This document shows, piece by piece, positions 1 to 10,539 of a stretch of DNA of 57,614 nucleotides. The translations under genes and the position numbers were made by a program. Position 1 is the first letter of the stretch. The number at the start of each line of letters is the position of its first letter. This DNA is from Pseudomonadales bacterium. Its GTDB lineage: Bacteria; Pseudomonadota; Gammaproteobacteria; Pseudomonadales; UBA7239. Location: NCBI GenBank assembly GCA_035430165.1, contig DAOMGE010000017.1, forward strand, positions 1 to 57,614, read 5' to 3'. A model generated the notes under the pieces. That model was not told the origin of the DNA and did no database searches. It saw nothing but the letters and a program-made list of their open reading frames with translations.

Positions 1-294
1 ACGGGCAAGCCGTATTGGGCAAACAACAATTTGCCCTGATACTCATGAAGATTCATGTTTTACCGCTCTCTACTGACCCGGCCAATTGCCGGTTTTGCCT
101 GACTCGATGATGCAAGGCAAATAGCCGCACCATCCCCAAAATTAACGCGCGCGAAGTTTACACGCTGGGCAGCCACTTCCCAACCACTTTGCGTGACGAA
201 TTGACGCGATTTGCCGGTATGCCCCCATACCGCTACCATTCGCAAGCACCAACCGGAACCCGTCCGACCGGTGTCCATTGCCCCGGAAAACACG

Positions 295-1035
295 ATGACG
301 ACCGAAGCCAGAGCCAACCCGCAACCCTCCCTGCTTTTGAATGTAGATGCCAGTGAAATTGCCAAATTCGAGGCACTGGCCAATCGCTGGTGGGATCCAA
401 CCAGTGAATTCAAGCCACTGCATGACATCAATCCACTGCGCTGTAATTACATTGACGAGCGGGCAGAACTTGCAGGGAAAACCGTGCTGGATGTGGGCTG
501 CGGAGGCGGTATCCTGTCAGAAGCCATGGCACAGCGCGGCGCAACTGTCACTGGCATCGATATGGGACAGGCGCCCTTGTCCGTTGCCCGCCTGCACGCC
601 CTGGAAAGCGGTGTCAGCGTTGATTACCGCCTGCTTCCGGCAGAGCAGCTAGCCGCCGAAACCCCCGCAAGCTATGACGTGGTTACCTGTCTGGAAATGC
701 TGGAACATGTCCCAAGCCCCGCCTCCGTTATACAGGCCTGTGCTGACCTCGCCAAACCCGGTGCACACCTGTTTTTTTCGACCATAAACCGCAACCCCAA
801 AGCCTATGCTTTCGCCATTCTGGGCGCTGAATATTTGCTGAAATTACTGCCCAAAGGCACGCACGAATATGGCAGGTTTATCCGCCCGGCAGAACTGGCA
901 AACTGGATTCGCGCCGCCGGACTACAACTCGAAAATATTACAGGAATGACCTATAACCCATTGATTAAAAAATATTCCTTATCAAAAACAGATATTGACG
1001 TGAACTATATAGTTCACGTCAGAAAACCTGGCTAA
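295..1035 (+). CDS. ubiG: Bifunctional 3-demethylubiquinone 3-O-methyltransferase / 2-polyprenyl-6-hydroxyphenol methylase UbiG
   Basis: Strong end-to-end similarity to E. coli UbiG (HEEIAKFEA..WWD..EFKPLH.INPLR..YI, SAM motif [11 protein letters not shown]-terminal DVNY). Start moved to the internal ATG at 295 (MTTEARANP); the track ORF begins at 211 with a non-homologous extension. Confidence 0.9.
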   Translation: MTTEARANPQPSLLLNVDASEIAKFEALANRWWDPTSEFKPLHDINPLRCNYIDERAELAGKTVLDVGCGGGILSEAMAQRGATVTGIDMGQAPLSVARLHALESGVSVDYRLLPAEQLAAETPASYDVVTCLEMLEHVPSPASVIQACADLAKPGAHLFFSTINRNPKAYAFAILGAEYLLKLLPKGTHEYGRFIRPAELANWIRAAGLQLENITGMTYNPLIKKYSLSKTDIDVNYIVHVRKPG

Positions 1036-1039
1036 TGTA

Positions 1040-1702
1040 ATGAAAATAAAAGCAATCCTGTTTGATCTGGATGGAACTCTGCTGGATACAGCGCCAGACT
1101 TTGTCGTTTGCGTAAACACCTTGCGCGAACGCCACGGACTCTCCCCATTGGCGCACAACACCATCCGGAATCAGGTTTCCAATGGCGCTCGCGCACTGAC
1201 CCGCCTGGCAACCGGCCTTGAAGACAATAACCCGACATTTGAGCCACGTTACAAAGAATTACTAGACATTTACTCCGGCATTCTCGGCCAGCACAGCACC
1301 CTGTTTGCCGGCATGCCAGCCACCCTGCGCTGGATAGAAGAAGCCGGTTTACGCTGGGGCATTGTTACCAACAAGCCCAGCCGCTTTACCATTCCCCTGC
1401 TGGAACGGCTTTCACTGCCCTTCACACCCAGTACAGTGGTTTGCCCGGATCACGTCACGCGCCCCAAGCCAGATCCCGAACCCATGTTACTTGCCTGCCA
1501 GCAATGTCACTGCACGCCGGCTGAGGCGATCTATTTCGGGGATCACGCACGTGATATTGATGCGGGCCTCGCGGCGGGAATGCTGACTGCCAGTTGCGAC
1601 TGGGGTTATATCGGTATGGATGAGGATGTTGATAGCTGGGGAGCAAACCATCGCATTGCTTCGCCGTCAGCGATTCCAGAGCTAATCAAAAATTTCATTT
1701 AA
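1040..1702 (+). CDS. HAD-superfamily phosphatase (phosphoglycolate phosphatase / MupP-like)
   Basis: N-terminal HAD motif I (FDLDGTL), 220 aa, immediately downstream of ubiG. The ubiG-HAD-SDR arrangement resembles pseudomonad ubiG-mupP-SDR. ATG at 1040. Confidence 0.75.
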   Translation: MKIKAILFDLDGTLLDTAPDFVVCVNTLRERHGLSPLAHNTIRNQVSNGARALTRLATGLEDNNPTFEPRYKELLDIYSGILGQHSTLFAGMPATLRWIEEAGLRWGIVTNKPSRFTIPLLERLSLPFTPSTVVCPDHVTRPKPDPEPMLLACQQCHCTPAEAIYFGDHARDIDAGLAAGMLTASCDWGYIGMDEDVDSWGANHRIASPSAIPELIKNFI

Positions 1703-1727
1703 ATCAATCAACTGGAATATCTTTCTA

Positions 1728-2498
1728 ATGAAAGAAATAAAGACACTTCCAACGAGCTACCAGCCGCCCGAGAATTCACTTCAAGATAGGGTAATTCTAG
1801 TGACGGGAGCAGGAGATGGCATCGGCCGCGCCGCTGCACGCAGTTTTGCTGCTCACGGAGCCATTGTCATCCTGCTGGGCAAAACCCAGGACAAACTTGA
1901 GCAGGTATCTGATGAAATCATCGCTGCTGGCGGTCCGGAACCACTGATACTGCCGCTGGATCTGCAATATCTCACACCAGACATCGCGCAAGAAATCGCC
2001 AGTACTATTGAAACAGAACTGGGTAGGCTCGATGGCCTACTGCACAATGCCGCTCTGCTCGGCTCACTGTCACCCGTGGCGGATTACAGCCCGGAACGTT
2101 GGCAACAAGTCATGCAGGTAAATGTCCATGCAGCATTCTTGCTAACCAAGGCACTGTTGCCACTACTGAAACAAGCCAATAACGCCAGTATCGTGTTTAC
2201 GACATCTTCTGTCGGCCGTCAGGGACGCGCTTTCTGGGGCGCCTATGCCGTGAGCAAGTTTGCCGTGGAAGGCCTGGTTCAGACGTTAGCCGATGAACTG
2301 GAAGACGTTTCAAATGTACGCGTTAACGCCATCAATCCCGGCGCCACCCGCACCCGCATGCGCGCAGCGGCCTATCCCGGCGAAGACCCGAATACCCGCC
2401 CGACTGCAGAAAGCCTGATGCCGCTGTATTTGTATTTGATGAGTGCTGACAGCTGCGGCATTAGCGGCGAAAGTTTTGACGCGCAAGCAAAAGCGTGA
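1728..2498 (+). CDS. Short-chain dehydrogenase/reductase (YciK-like SDR)
   Basis: Rossmann motif VTGAGDGIGRAAA, catalytic YxxxK region (YAVSKFAVEGL) and NAINPG motif; 256 aa. Confidence 0.8.
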   Translation: MKEIKTLPTSYQPPENSLQDRVILVTGAGDGIGRAAARSFAAHGAIVILLGKTQDKLEQVSDEIIAAGGPEPLILPLDLQYLTPDIAQEIASTIETELGRLDGLLHNAALLGSLSPVADYSPERWQQVMQVNVHAAFLLTKALLPLLKQANNASIVFTTSSVGRQGRAFWGAYAVSKFAVEGLVQTLADELEDVSNVRVNAINPGATRTRMRAAAYPGEDPNTRPTAESLMPLYLYLMSADSCGISGESFDAQAKA

Positions 2499-2568
2499 AC
2501 GCAGATTTCTGAAAACAGCACAAAACACCAACAGGGAAACGACGTATTGAATCTCGCAAACAAATAAA

Positions 2569-3219
2569 TCATGGCAACTTTCCTATCATGCTCTCAGATG
2601 CAAACTGTGCTGCATTCCGGAAACTCATTCCGTCTTCAGAAACCTTTTCACGAGCCGTTAGCAATTCCTGCGAACCCTCCCATGCGATTGACCCATCACG
2701 GGAATCCCATATTTGTAAAAACAAACGCATACGCGTCACTTTGGTCTCAAGAATGCGGAAACCCAAAGCACCCCAGCGTCCCTTCGCATCCTGCTGGAAG
2801 CCCTGCAATTTCAGCTGGGCCAGATAACGCGCACCGGCAACAGCAGAGACATTACGCAACTTGTCGCGATCAAAAATGCCTGTGACACCATAATCCACAA
2901 ACATGCTCTTGTATTCGGCAGATAATCCCTGGCTATTAATCGCTCCCAGGGTTTCTGGCAGGGAAACCACATGCAAATCCGGGCGTTTATCACGCAAAGC
3001 CAACACAAAAGATTGCGCCAACGATTGCCGGTCCTCTTCCTGCCCTGTAATTGATGAGGGTGTGATAAATGCTATGCCGTCCTGAACCAAAGATTCGTGC
3101 GTCAGACTGATCGCCTGCACTTGCGTCGTTGAATATTCCTGGTGCGTGGCACAACCGGCAACACCCAATATCAGCAACGAAAAAGCTACTGCTCGTGAAA
3201 ATCCATAGTGCTTGTGCAT
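2569..3219 (-). CDS. Hypothetical lipoprotein co-oriented with and 30 bp downstream of nuoN
   Basis: Internal start MHKHYGFSRAVAFSLLILGVAGC gives a signal peptide plus lipobox-like LGVAGC. The track ORF (2569..3363) would otherwise overlap nuoN. I recognise no domain. Confidence 0.5.
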   Translation of the reverse strand: MHKHYGFSRAVAFSLLILGVAGCATHQEYSTTQVQAISLTHESLVQDGIAFITPSSITGQEEDRQSLAQSFVLALRDKRPDLHVVSLPETLGAINSQGLSAEYKSMFVDYGVTGIFDRDKLRNVSAVAGARYLAQLKLQGFQQDAKGRWGALGFRILETKVTRMRLFLQIWDSRDGSIAWEGSQELLTAREKVSEDGMSFRNAAQFASESMIGKLP

Positions 3220-3248
3220 ACAAGATACTCCACGCATCGGACCCAGCA

Positions 3249-4712
3249 TCACATCATGGTCGCAGCCACAACAACCTGCATCAAAGGCTGCGGATAAATA
3301 CCGACCAGCAACATCAAGACTGCCATCAGCAACAACATCGCTCCACCCGTGGTACGTCCCCAATTAAGGGGAGCATCAAACCGGCGTACACCAGGTTCCA
3401 GCAGAAATAACGTCACCATAACGCGCAAATAGTAATACAAACCCATAGCACTACCCACAACCAGAGCGGCCAAGAGCCACCAGAAACTGGATGTGACACC
3501 CACGACAACCAGATGAAATTTACCAATAAACCCAGCCGTCATCGGAATGCCTGCCAACGACAACATGGCCACGGTCATCACAGCAGCCAGATAAGGACGC
3601 TTCCAGAACAAGCCACGAAAATTGTGCAATCCGTCCGCATCTGCACCTTGATAAGGGCTGGATGCCAAAACCAGCACACCGAATGCAGCCAGTGACGTAA
3701 TCACATACGTCACGAGATAAATGGCAATAGCCGGATCACGCATACGCGTGCCTGCAACTACCGCAATCATCAAATAACCGAAATGTGCAATCGACGAATA
3801 ACCCAGCAAACGCTTCACATTGGACTGTGTCAACGCCAGCCAGTTGCCGACAATGATGGACAAACCTGCAATTACCAGCATCAGATCATGCATTGGACCG
3901 GAATTCATCACGGGCATACTGTGAAGCAAGCGCAAGAAAGCAACGAGCACCGCTGTTTTACTCACGGTCGCCAGAAAGGCCGTCACAGGCGCAGGTGCGC
4001 CTTCGTAGACGTCTGGCGTCCATAAATGGAATGGGACAAAAGAAAGTTTGAATGCTAGTGCGACAAACAGCAGTGCACACCCTGCCCAGGCCAGCTGCGG
4101 CATCACTGGCAAACCTGCGAGCGATGCCTGCACACCAGCAAAAGACAACGAACCCGTCTGCGCATACAACAAAGCCATGCCGAACAACAAAAATGCAGTG
4201 GATGTCGCTGACAAGACCAGATATTTGATACCCGCCTCGAGGGAACGCGAACGCTGGAAACTGTATGCTGCCAGACCAAACAAGGGCACCGACAGAATTT
4301 CCATGCCGATAAAGAAACTGGCCATGTGGCAACTGCACGCCAGCACTAACGCGCCCACGGTTGACAACACGAGCAGCAAATACATTTCTTCACGATTGCC
4401 GCTGTGCTTTTCCATATAAGCATGGGACATCGTCAAGCAAGCGAGCGATGCAACCAGAATAACTGCCATGTAAAAACAAGCGTAGCGATCAACGACAAAC
4501 AACTCTGTTACGTGCTGCATGCCCACATTCTGGCTCACCCACCACAACGACAACAACGCTATATTCAAACCCAGAACAGCAACAGTGGCGTTCCAGAAAT
4601 GATTACGTTTGATAGCAATGGCCAACATCACAAACACAGCTGTGAAACTGGTGACGATGATCGGTGACAGCGCCAGGATATTCTGCAAGGTAAGTTGTGT
4701 CGACATCGCCAT
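3249..4712 (-). CDS. nuoN: NADH-quinone oxidoreductase subunit N
   Basis: 487-aa polytopic membrane protein, last gene of the nuo operon in canonical order after nuoM; ATG start confirmed. Confidence 0.9.
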   Translation of the reverse strand: MAMSTQLTLQNILALSPIIVTSFTAVFVMLAIAIKRNHFWNATVAVLGLNIALLSLWWVSQNVGMQHVTELFVVDRYACFYMAVILVASLACLTMSHAYMEKHSGNREEMYLLLVLSTVGALVLACSCHMASFFIGMEILSVPLFGLAAYSFQRSRSLEAGIKYLVLSATSTAFLLFGMALLYAQTGSLSFAGVQASLAGLPVMPQLAWAGCALLFVALAFKLSFVPFHLWTPDVYEGAPAPVTAFLATVSKTAVLVAFLRLLHSMPVMNSGPMHDLMLVIAGLSIIVGNWLALTQSNVKRLLGYSSIAHFGYLMIAVVAGTRMRDPAIAIYLVTYVITSLAAFGVLVLASSPYQGADADGLHNFRGLFWKRPYLAAVMTVAMLSLAGIPMTAGFIGKFHLVVVGVTSSFWWLLAALVVGSAMGLYYYLRVMVTLFLLEPGVRRFDAPLNWGRTTGGAMLLLMAVLMLLVGIYPQPLMQVVVAATMM

Positions 4713-4716
4713 TACC

Positions 4717-6231
4717 TCACTTCAACACCGGTACAGCGTACCAATGCTGGGTATAAAACATGATCGCTTCTGACAGATCCAGAACAGGTTGGGGATAGAC
4801 ACCCAACACCAGCAACGACACAACCAGAACCAACATAATTCCGCGCTCACGTAAATTCAGGCCTTCCAGCGCCTCTTCTGATCTTGATGGACCAAAAAAT
4901 GCTTTTTGCACAAGCAGCAAACTGTAAACAGCAGCAAGGATCAATGCGCCTGTAGCCACGGTTGCCACTACCGGTACCACTTTGAATGCACCAAGCAGGA
5001 TCAGGAATTCACCAACAAAATTACCTGTGCCTGGCAAACCCAGTGATGCCGCTGCAAAAAACAGGGCGAACGCTGGCAACCAGGTCATGCGCGACCACAA
5101 ACCACCCATCTGGCGCAAATCACGCGTGTGGAGTCGCTCATAAATCTCACCACACAAAATGAAAAGACCACCCGCGGAAATACCGTGCGCAAGCATTTGT
5201 ATCACCACGCCCTGCAAGGCAATCATGTTGCCAGAATAAATACCCACCAGCACAAATCCCATGTGCGAAATACTGGTGTAGGCCACAAGTCGCTTGATAT
5301 CAGTCTGCGCGCAGGCGAGCACTGCGCCGTAAAAAATACCGGTCACACCCAGCCACATCGCAACAGGCGCAAATTCCTGTGAGGCATGAGGGAAAATCGG
5401 TAAGGCAAAACGCAACAGACCATAAGCCGCAGTTTTAAGCAGAATACCAGCGAGATCCACACTGCCGGCAGTCGGTGCCTGCGCATGTGCATCGGGCAGC
5501 CAGGAATGGAAAGGCAATACCGGCATTTTCACAGCAAAAGCGATAAAGAAGCCCAGCATGACAAGGTATTCGACGTTCGGCGACATCCGTGTGTGTCGCA
5601 GAACATCATAATCAAAGGAGATAACACCATTCTGGTGTGCAGCGATCAATACCAGCGCAACAATCGCAATCAGCAACAAGAGACCACTGGCTTGCGTAAA
5701 AATAAAAAACTTGTTGGCGGCATGTATCCTGCCTTTTCCATCCGGTGCATTGTGTCCCCACAAGGCAATCAGGAAGTACATCGGTACTAGCATAACTTCC
5801 CAGAAAAAGAAAAACAGGAACATATCCAGAGCAAGGAAAACACCGATAACACCGCCAAGATTCCACAACAGGTTCAGGTAGAAAAAGCCGACATTTTTCT
5901 GGATTTCACGCCAGGAACAAAGAATGGCCGCCACGCCCAGACCACCGGTCAGCAACACCATCAACAATGAAAGACCATCAATACCCAGATGAAAACTGAT
6001 TCCCAGTGCAGGAATCCAATGCAGGCGATATTCACTTTGCCAATGTGCACCGCCGCCGGTTGCGGTAGCGAGACTGTAATCACCCTGTAACACCAGCTGA
6101 ACACCGAGCGCAGTCACCAGCAACATGCTCAACAATGCAATCCAGCGCGGCGCCGCGCGGCTCATGCGTTCAACCTGCCAACATAACAGGCCGCCCAGCA
6201 AGGGAATAAAAATCAGCAGAGGCAAAATCAT
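4717..6231 (-). CDS. nuoM: NADH-quinone oxidoreductase subunit M
   Basis: 504-aa antiporter-like subunit, 4 nt from nuoN; ATG start. Confidence 0.9.
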   Translation of the reverse strand: MILPLLIFIPLLGGLLCWQVERMSRAAPRWIALLSMLLVTALGVQLVLQGDYSLATATGGGAHWQSEYRLHWIPALGISFHLGIDGLSLLMVLLTGGLGVAAILCSWREIQKNVGFFYLNLLWNLGGVIGVFLALDMFLFFFFWEVMLVPMYFLIALWGHNAPDGKGRIHAANKFFIFTQASGLLLLIAIVALVLIAAHQNGVISFDYDVLRHTRMSPNVEYLVMLGFFIAFAVKMPVLPFHSWLPDAHAQAPTAGSVDLAGILLKTAAYGLLRFALPIFPHASQEFAPVAMWLGVTGIFYGAVLACAQTDIKRLVAYTSISHMGFVLVGIYSGNMIALQGVVIQMLAHGISAGGLFILCGEIYERLHTRDLRQMGGLWSRMTWLPAFALFFAAASLGLPGTGNFVGEFLILLGAFKVVPVVATVATGALILAAVYSLLLVQKAFFGPSRSEEALEGLNLRERGIMLVLVVSLLVLGVYPQPVLDLSEAIMFYTQHWYAVPVLK

Positions 6232-6289
6232 CTGGTCACATTGTCCTGTCTGGATCGTTCATCTTTGAAACTGTTCAATCTGGCACCAC

Positions 6290-8146
6290 TTAAAACCACA
6301 GTACGACCACCAGTACGGCTGCAGCACCCGACACCATCGCCGCTGCATACCATCGTACCCTGCCATTTTCTGTTGCACTGAGCGCATCGTGGCCAGCACG
6401 CATCACCCCCGGAATACTTTCGATCACGACATCAATCAGGTCACGGCGATTAATATGCACAAGATAAAGATAGGGTTTGACGAACAATACGTTGTACAAG
6501 GCATCAAAACCCCAGGCGTATTTCCACAAACAACGGAAACCGTGCGCAAAACGGGTACTGAAAAATCCCTGCAAGGGTTTATTCGCCGGGAGGAACAAAA
6601 TAGCCGCCACAACAATACCGAAAATTGCAACACCAGCCGACAGCATCTCCAGTGTGTGCTTACCCTCTTCCAGATGAGAAGCCGGACTTTCCGGCAGAAC
6701 ACCCGCTAACGGCGGATGAATCATCGCACCTACAGCTGTGGACAATACCAGCAGCACAGCGAGCGGCAACCCGTAAGAGACACCGTGTCCTGCGTGCGCA
6801 TCGGTTTTCGCCTCACCATGAAACACGAGAAATATCAGGCGAAATGTATAAAGCGAGGTCAGCAAAGCACCGAAAAGACCCGCATAGAACAAGGACGCGT
6901 TGCCGCCTGCATAAGCCAGCCACAAGATCTCATCCTTGCTGTAAAAACCCGCGGTCACAAATGGAAACGCAGCAAGCGCAGATCCGCCAACAATAAAACA
7001 CAAGTAAATGAACGGGATTTTTTTCCACAAGCCCCCCATTTTGAAAATATCCTGTTCATGGTGACATGCAATAATTACCGCACCTGCCGAAAGGAACAGC
7101 AACGCCTTGAAAAAAGCATGCGTCATCAAATGGAAAATTGCCGCTTGCCATGCACCGACGCCCAATGCAAGAAACATGTAACCAATCTGGCTCATGGTCG
7201 AATACGCCAGCACACGCTTGATATCGGTTTGCACCAGTGCGCTGAAGCCGGCCATCAACAAGGTGATAGCTCCTACCACACCAACCAGATACAAAACGCC
7301 CGGCGACACCTCAAACAGCGTATGCATACGAGCCACCAGATAGACGCCTGCTGTCACCATGGTTGCTGCATGAATCAATGCAGAAACCGGTGTCGGACCT
7401 GCCATTGCATCTGCCAGCCAGGTTTGCAGTGGCAGTTGCGCAGATTTACCGACCGCACCACCCAACAGCAAGAGTGCGGCCAGTGCCAACGCATCATGAT
7501 TTGCATGTGAGGGGACTGCCTGCAGAATGTTCCGTATATCAAGTGTGCCAAGTTCGCGAAACAGGATAAACAAACCGACCGCCATGAACACGTCACCGAC
7601 ACGCGTGATGATGAATGCTTTCATCGCCGCATGACCGTTCGCAGAATGCTTGTAGTAAAAACCGATCAGCAGATAACTGCAAAGGCCCACACCTTCCCAA
7701 CCGCAGTACAGGAATAAAAGATTATCTGCCAGCACCAGATACAGCATGCTCGCAACAAACAGGTTCATATAGGCAAAGAAACGCGAGTAGCCTTCTTCAC
7801 CCCGCATGTACCAGGATGCAAAAAGATGAATCAGGAAACCTACGCCTGTCACAATACCGAGCATCGTCAAGGACAGACCGTCAAGATGCAGCGCAAAGCG
7901 CGGCGAAAAATTTTCAATCCTCAGCCACGTCCACAATACTTGCGTATAAACGCCATCTGCTGGTGGATTTGCCAGAAACTCACGCATTACCAATGCGGTG
8001 GTAGCGGCGGATAAACCCATGCTGCCGACGCCGATCAATGCTGACATGTTTTCTGAAAAACGTCCCCGCGAAAATGCCAGCAACACAAAACCTGCCAGCG
8101 GAAATACAAACGTCAGGAACAACATACTCATCAGGGAATCACTCAT
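6290..8146 (-). CDS. nuoL: NADH-quinone oxidoreductase subunit L
   Basis: 618-aa antiporter-like subunit with a long C-terminal amphipathic extension typical of NuoL; overlaps nuoK by 4 nt. Confidence 0.9.
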   Translation of the reverse strand: MSDSLMSMLFLTFVFPLAGFVLLAFSRGRFSENMSALIGVGSMGLSAATTALVMREFLANPPADGVYTQVLWTWLRIENFSPRFALHLDGLSLTMLGIVTGVGFLIHLFASWYMRGEEGYSRFFAYMNLFVASMLYLVLADNLLFLYCGWEGVGLCSYLLIGFYYKHSANGHAAMKAFIITRVGDVFMAVGLFILFRELGTLDIRNILQAVPSHANHDALALAALLLLGGAVGKSAQLPLQTWLADAMAGPTPVSALIHAATMVTAGVYLVARMHTLFEVSPGVLYLVGVVGAITLLMAGFSALVQTDIKRVLAYSTMSQIGYMFLALGVGAWQAAIFHLMTHAFFKALLFLSAGAVIIACHHEQDIFKMGGLWKKIPFIYLCFIVGGSALAAFPFVTAGFYSKDEILWLAYAGGNASLFYAGLFGALLTSLYTFRLIFLVFHGEAKTDAHAGHGVSYGLPLAVLLVLSTAVGAMIHPPLAGVLPESPASHLEEGKHTLEMLSAGVAIFGIVVAAILFLPANKPLQGFFSTRFAHGFRCLWKYAWGFDALYNVLFVKPYLYLVHINRRDLIDVVIESIPGVMRAGHDALSATENGRVRWYAAAMVSGAAAVLVVVLWF

Positions 8147-8451
8147 CCGCGCATCTCGCTTGCCGCATCAATATCCAGCGAATGGAAACGGCGATACAAC
8201 CGCAGCACGATAGCCAGGCCAATCGAGGCCTCAGCCGCTGCCAGTGTCAAAATCAGGATAAACATGATTTGCCCGTCGGGCGCACCCCAGCGGCTCGCGG
8301 CCAATACAAATGCCAGACCCGCTGCATTCATCATGATTTCCAGGCTCATGAGTACGAAAAGAATATTCCTGCGCACCATGACGCCAGTGAGCCCCAGCAC
8401 AAACAGCGCCGCTGCCAGAAACAAACCATGTTCAAGTGGGATGCCATTCAT
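8143..8451 (-). CDS. nuoK: NADH-quinone oxidoreductase subunit K
   Basis: 102-aa, 3-TM protein ([17 protein letters not shown]...) of typical NuoK size and position. Confidence 0.9.
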   Translation of the reverse strand: MNGIPLEHGLFLAAALFVLGLTGVMVRRNILFVLMSLEIMMNAAGLAFVLAASRWGAPDGQIMFILILTLAAAEASIGLAIVLRLYRRFHSLDIDAASEMRG

Positions 8452-8457
8452 ATCCGA

Positions 8458-8955
8458 TCACTCTTTCTCGTCTGCACGACCGAGGTGATAAGCCGCCACC
8501 AGTGCAGCCAACAATAAAATCGACGCCAACTCCACACAGAGCAGATATGGCCCATACAATGCGATACCGACCTGCTTGGCATCAATCGTTGTGGCACCCG
8601 CTACAGCCAAATGACCCGACAACATGGAGTAAAACAGTTGTGACAACAGAATAGTGGTCAGGACTGAGGGGCCTATCCACACCGATAAACCCGTCCACGC
8701 CCGTTCCTGTTGTATACCTTTTTCACCAAGGTTCAGCATCATCACCGCAAATACGAACAGCACCATAATGGCACCGGCATAGACAATGATTTCAAGCGCA
8801 CCTGCAAATGGAGCGCCGACCGCGAAGAAAATCATCGCAACAGCCAATAAAGAAATAACAAGGTACAACAAACCGTGAATCGGATTCCGGGTGCCAATCA
8901 CACGCATCGTGGCAAAAAGCGCCACTGCTGCGGATACATAAAAAGCGAGCTCCAC
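8458..8955 (-). CDS. nuoJ: NADH-quinone oxidoreductase subunit J
   Basis: N-terminus (V/M)ELAFYVSA matches E. coli NuoJ MEFAFYI. GTG start preceded by an AGGAG RBS. Confidence 0.9.
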   Translation of the reverse strand: MELAFYVSAAVALFATMRVIGTRNPIHGLLYLVISLLAVAMIFFAVGAPFAGALEIIVYAGAIMVLFVFAVMMLNLGEKGIQQERAWTGLSVWIGPSVLTTILLSQLFYSMLSGHLAVAGATTIDAKQVGIALYGPYLLCVELASILLLAALVAAYHLGRADEKE

Positions 8956-8970
8956 TCTTCTCTCCTTCGT

Positions 8971-9516
8971 CTACGGCATCAAGCCGCGAACATCAATTGG
9001 TTGAGCTTCATTGTCGGCAGACCCCTTGGGTTTACCGGCAATCGCCATGCCGGACACGCGATAAAAATTGTAATCGTGGTATTTGCCCACGCCCGAAATC
9101 AACAAATGTTCTTTTTCATACACCAGATTCTGGCGATTGAATTCCGCCATCTCGAAATCGGGTGTCAGCTGGATGGCGTTGGTAGGGCATGCCTCTTCAC
9201 ACATACCGCAAAAAATGCATCGCGAAAAATTGATCCGGAAAAAATCGGCATACCAGCGACCATCTTCCCTTTCAGCTTTTTGCAACGAAATACAACCGAC
9301 CGGACAAGCTACTGCACACAAGTTGCAAGCGACACATCGCTCCTCACCATCAGGATCGCGTGTCAGCACAATGCGGCCACGATAGCGCGGCGGCAAATAC
9401 ACTTTTTCTTCCGGGTACATGATCGTGTCACGTTTGCGCCAACCGTGTGTAAATACCATCCACATACTGCGCAGCTGACTGCCAACACCCTTGAGAACCT
9501 GAACTGCTGTAGCCAT
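8971..9516 (-). CDS. nuoI: NADH-quinone oxidoreductase subunit I (2x[4Fe-4S] ferredoxin)
   Basis: Two CxxCxxCxxxCP motifs ([24 protein letters not shown]), 181 aa. Confidence 0.92.
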   Translation of the reverse strand: MATAVQVLKGVGSQLRSMWMVFTHGWRKRDTIMYPEEKVYLPPRYRGRIVLTRDPDGEERCVACNLCAVACPVGCISLQKAEREDGRWYADFFRINFSRCIFCGMCEEACPTNAIQLTPDFEMAEFNRQNLVYEKEHLLISGVGKYHDYNFYRVSGMAIAGKPKGSADNEAQPIDVRGLMP

Positions 9517-9519
9517 CGC

Positions 9520-10539
9520 TCAACCTCCCGCCATGCTATTTTTGGCCAACACCACAGCAGCAGTCGCCAGCAGGTTGAACAAGGTGAGTGGCAAGCAGAA
9601 TTTCCATCCTGCGGCCATCACCTGGTCATAACGTGGACGAGGTAAAGCACCACGCGCCAGGATAAACAACATGATGAAGAACAAGGTCTTGCCACCAAAC
9701 CAGAAAATCGCCGGTATGAATGACAGGAATTTGAACGGCGGCAACCAGCCACCAAAAAACAGTGTCACGATCAGCGCAGAAATCAGAACCACACCCACGT
9801 ATTCACTGACAAAAAACATGACCCATTTCATACCGGAATATTCGGTGTGATAACCGGCTGCCAGTTCAGATTCTGCTTCCGGCAAATCAAACGGACTTCT
9901 GTGTGCCACCGCAACACCGGCCAACAGGAACGTGATAAAGCCAAGGAATTGAGGAATCACAAACCACACATCCTGTTGCGCCTCGACAATTGCCCGCATG
10001 TTGAACGAGCCGGTGATAGCCACAATACCCATCACCGATATCCCCATGAATACTTCATAGCTGACGGTCTGTGCAGCCGAGCGCAGACCACCGAGTAAAG
10101 AATATTTATTGTTGGATGACCAACCGGCAAACAACACTGCATATACAGACAAACCCGCCATCGCCAGAAAGAACAGGATGCCTATGTTGAGATCAGCCAC
10201 ACCCCAGGTCGGCGTGATTGGCACAATCGACGATGCGATCAACAGAGCACTCATTGCAATAAATGGAGCCATCCAGAATGTCAGTTTGTCAGCAAAAGGC
10301 GGCGTCCAGTCTTCCTTGAATAGCAGCTTGACCACATCCGCTATCAACTGCCAGATTCCAAATGGACCGACACGGTTCGGGCCATGCCTATCCTGCCACA
10401 GCGCCAGTACACGTCTCTCGATAAAACTCAGGAAACCACCACCAGCGAGTGTCACCATCAGGATGACAAAAGCCTTCAGCATCGCCAACAGAATAGTCAG
10501 GACATCGGCAAGTGTAATGCCCGCCAACATTTCATTCAT
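9520..10539 (-). CDS. nuoH: NADH-quinone oxidoreductase subunit H
   Basis: Near-colinear similarity to E. coli NuoH (ERR.LAL.Q.R.GPNRVGP; [13 protein letters not shown]; [22 protein letters not shown]). Confidence 0.93.
   Translation of the reverse strand: MNEMLAGITLADVLTILLAMLKAFVILMVTLAGGGFLSFIERRVLALWQDRHGPNRVGPFGIWQLIADVVKLLFKEDWTPPFADKLTFWMAPFIAMSALLIASSIVPITPTWGVADLNIGILFFLAMAGLSVYAVLFAGWSSNNKYSLLGGLRSAAQTVSYEVFMGISVMGIVAITGSFNMRAIVEAQQDVWFVIPQFLGFITFLLAGVAVAHRSPFDLPEAESELAAGYHTEYSGMKWVMFFVSEYVGVVLISALIVTLFFGGWLPPFKFLSFIPAIFWFGGKTLFFIMLFILARGALPRPRYDQVMAAGWKFCLPLTLFNLLATAAVVLAKNSMAGG

Noticed and set aside
60-652. Minus-strand ORFs 60..431 and 142..423, and plus-strand ORF 347..652, near the window start
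   Set aside because: They overlap the well-supported ubiG coding region or its leader in other frames or strands, with no RBS and no homology.
6716-7510. 264-aa plus-strand ORF inside nuoL
   Set aside because: Antisense to nuoL; Cys/His/Arg/Gln-rich nonsense composition.
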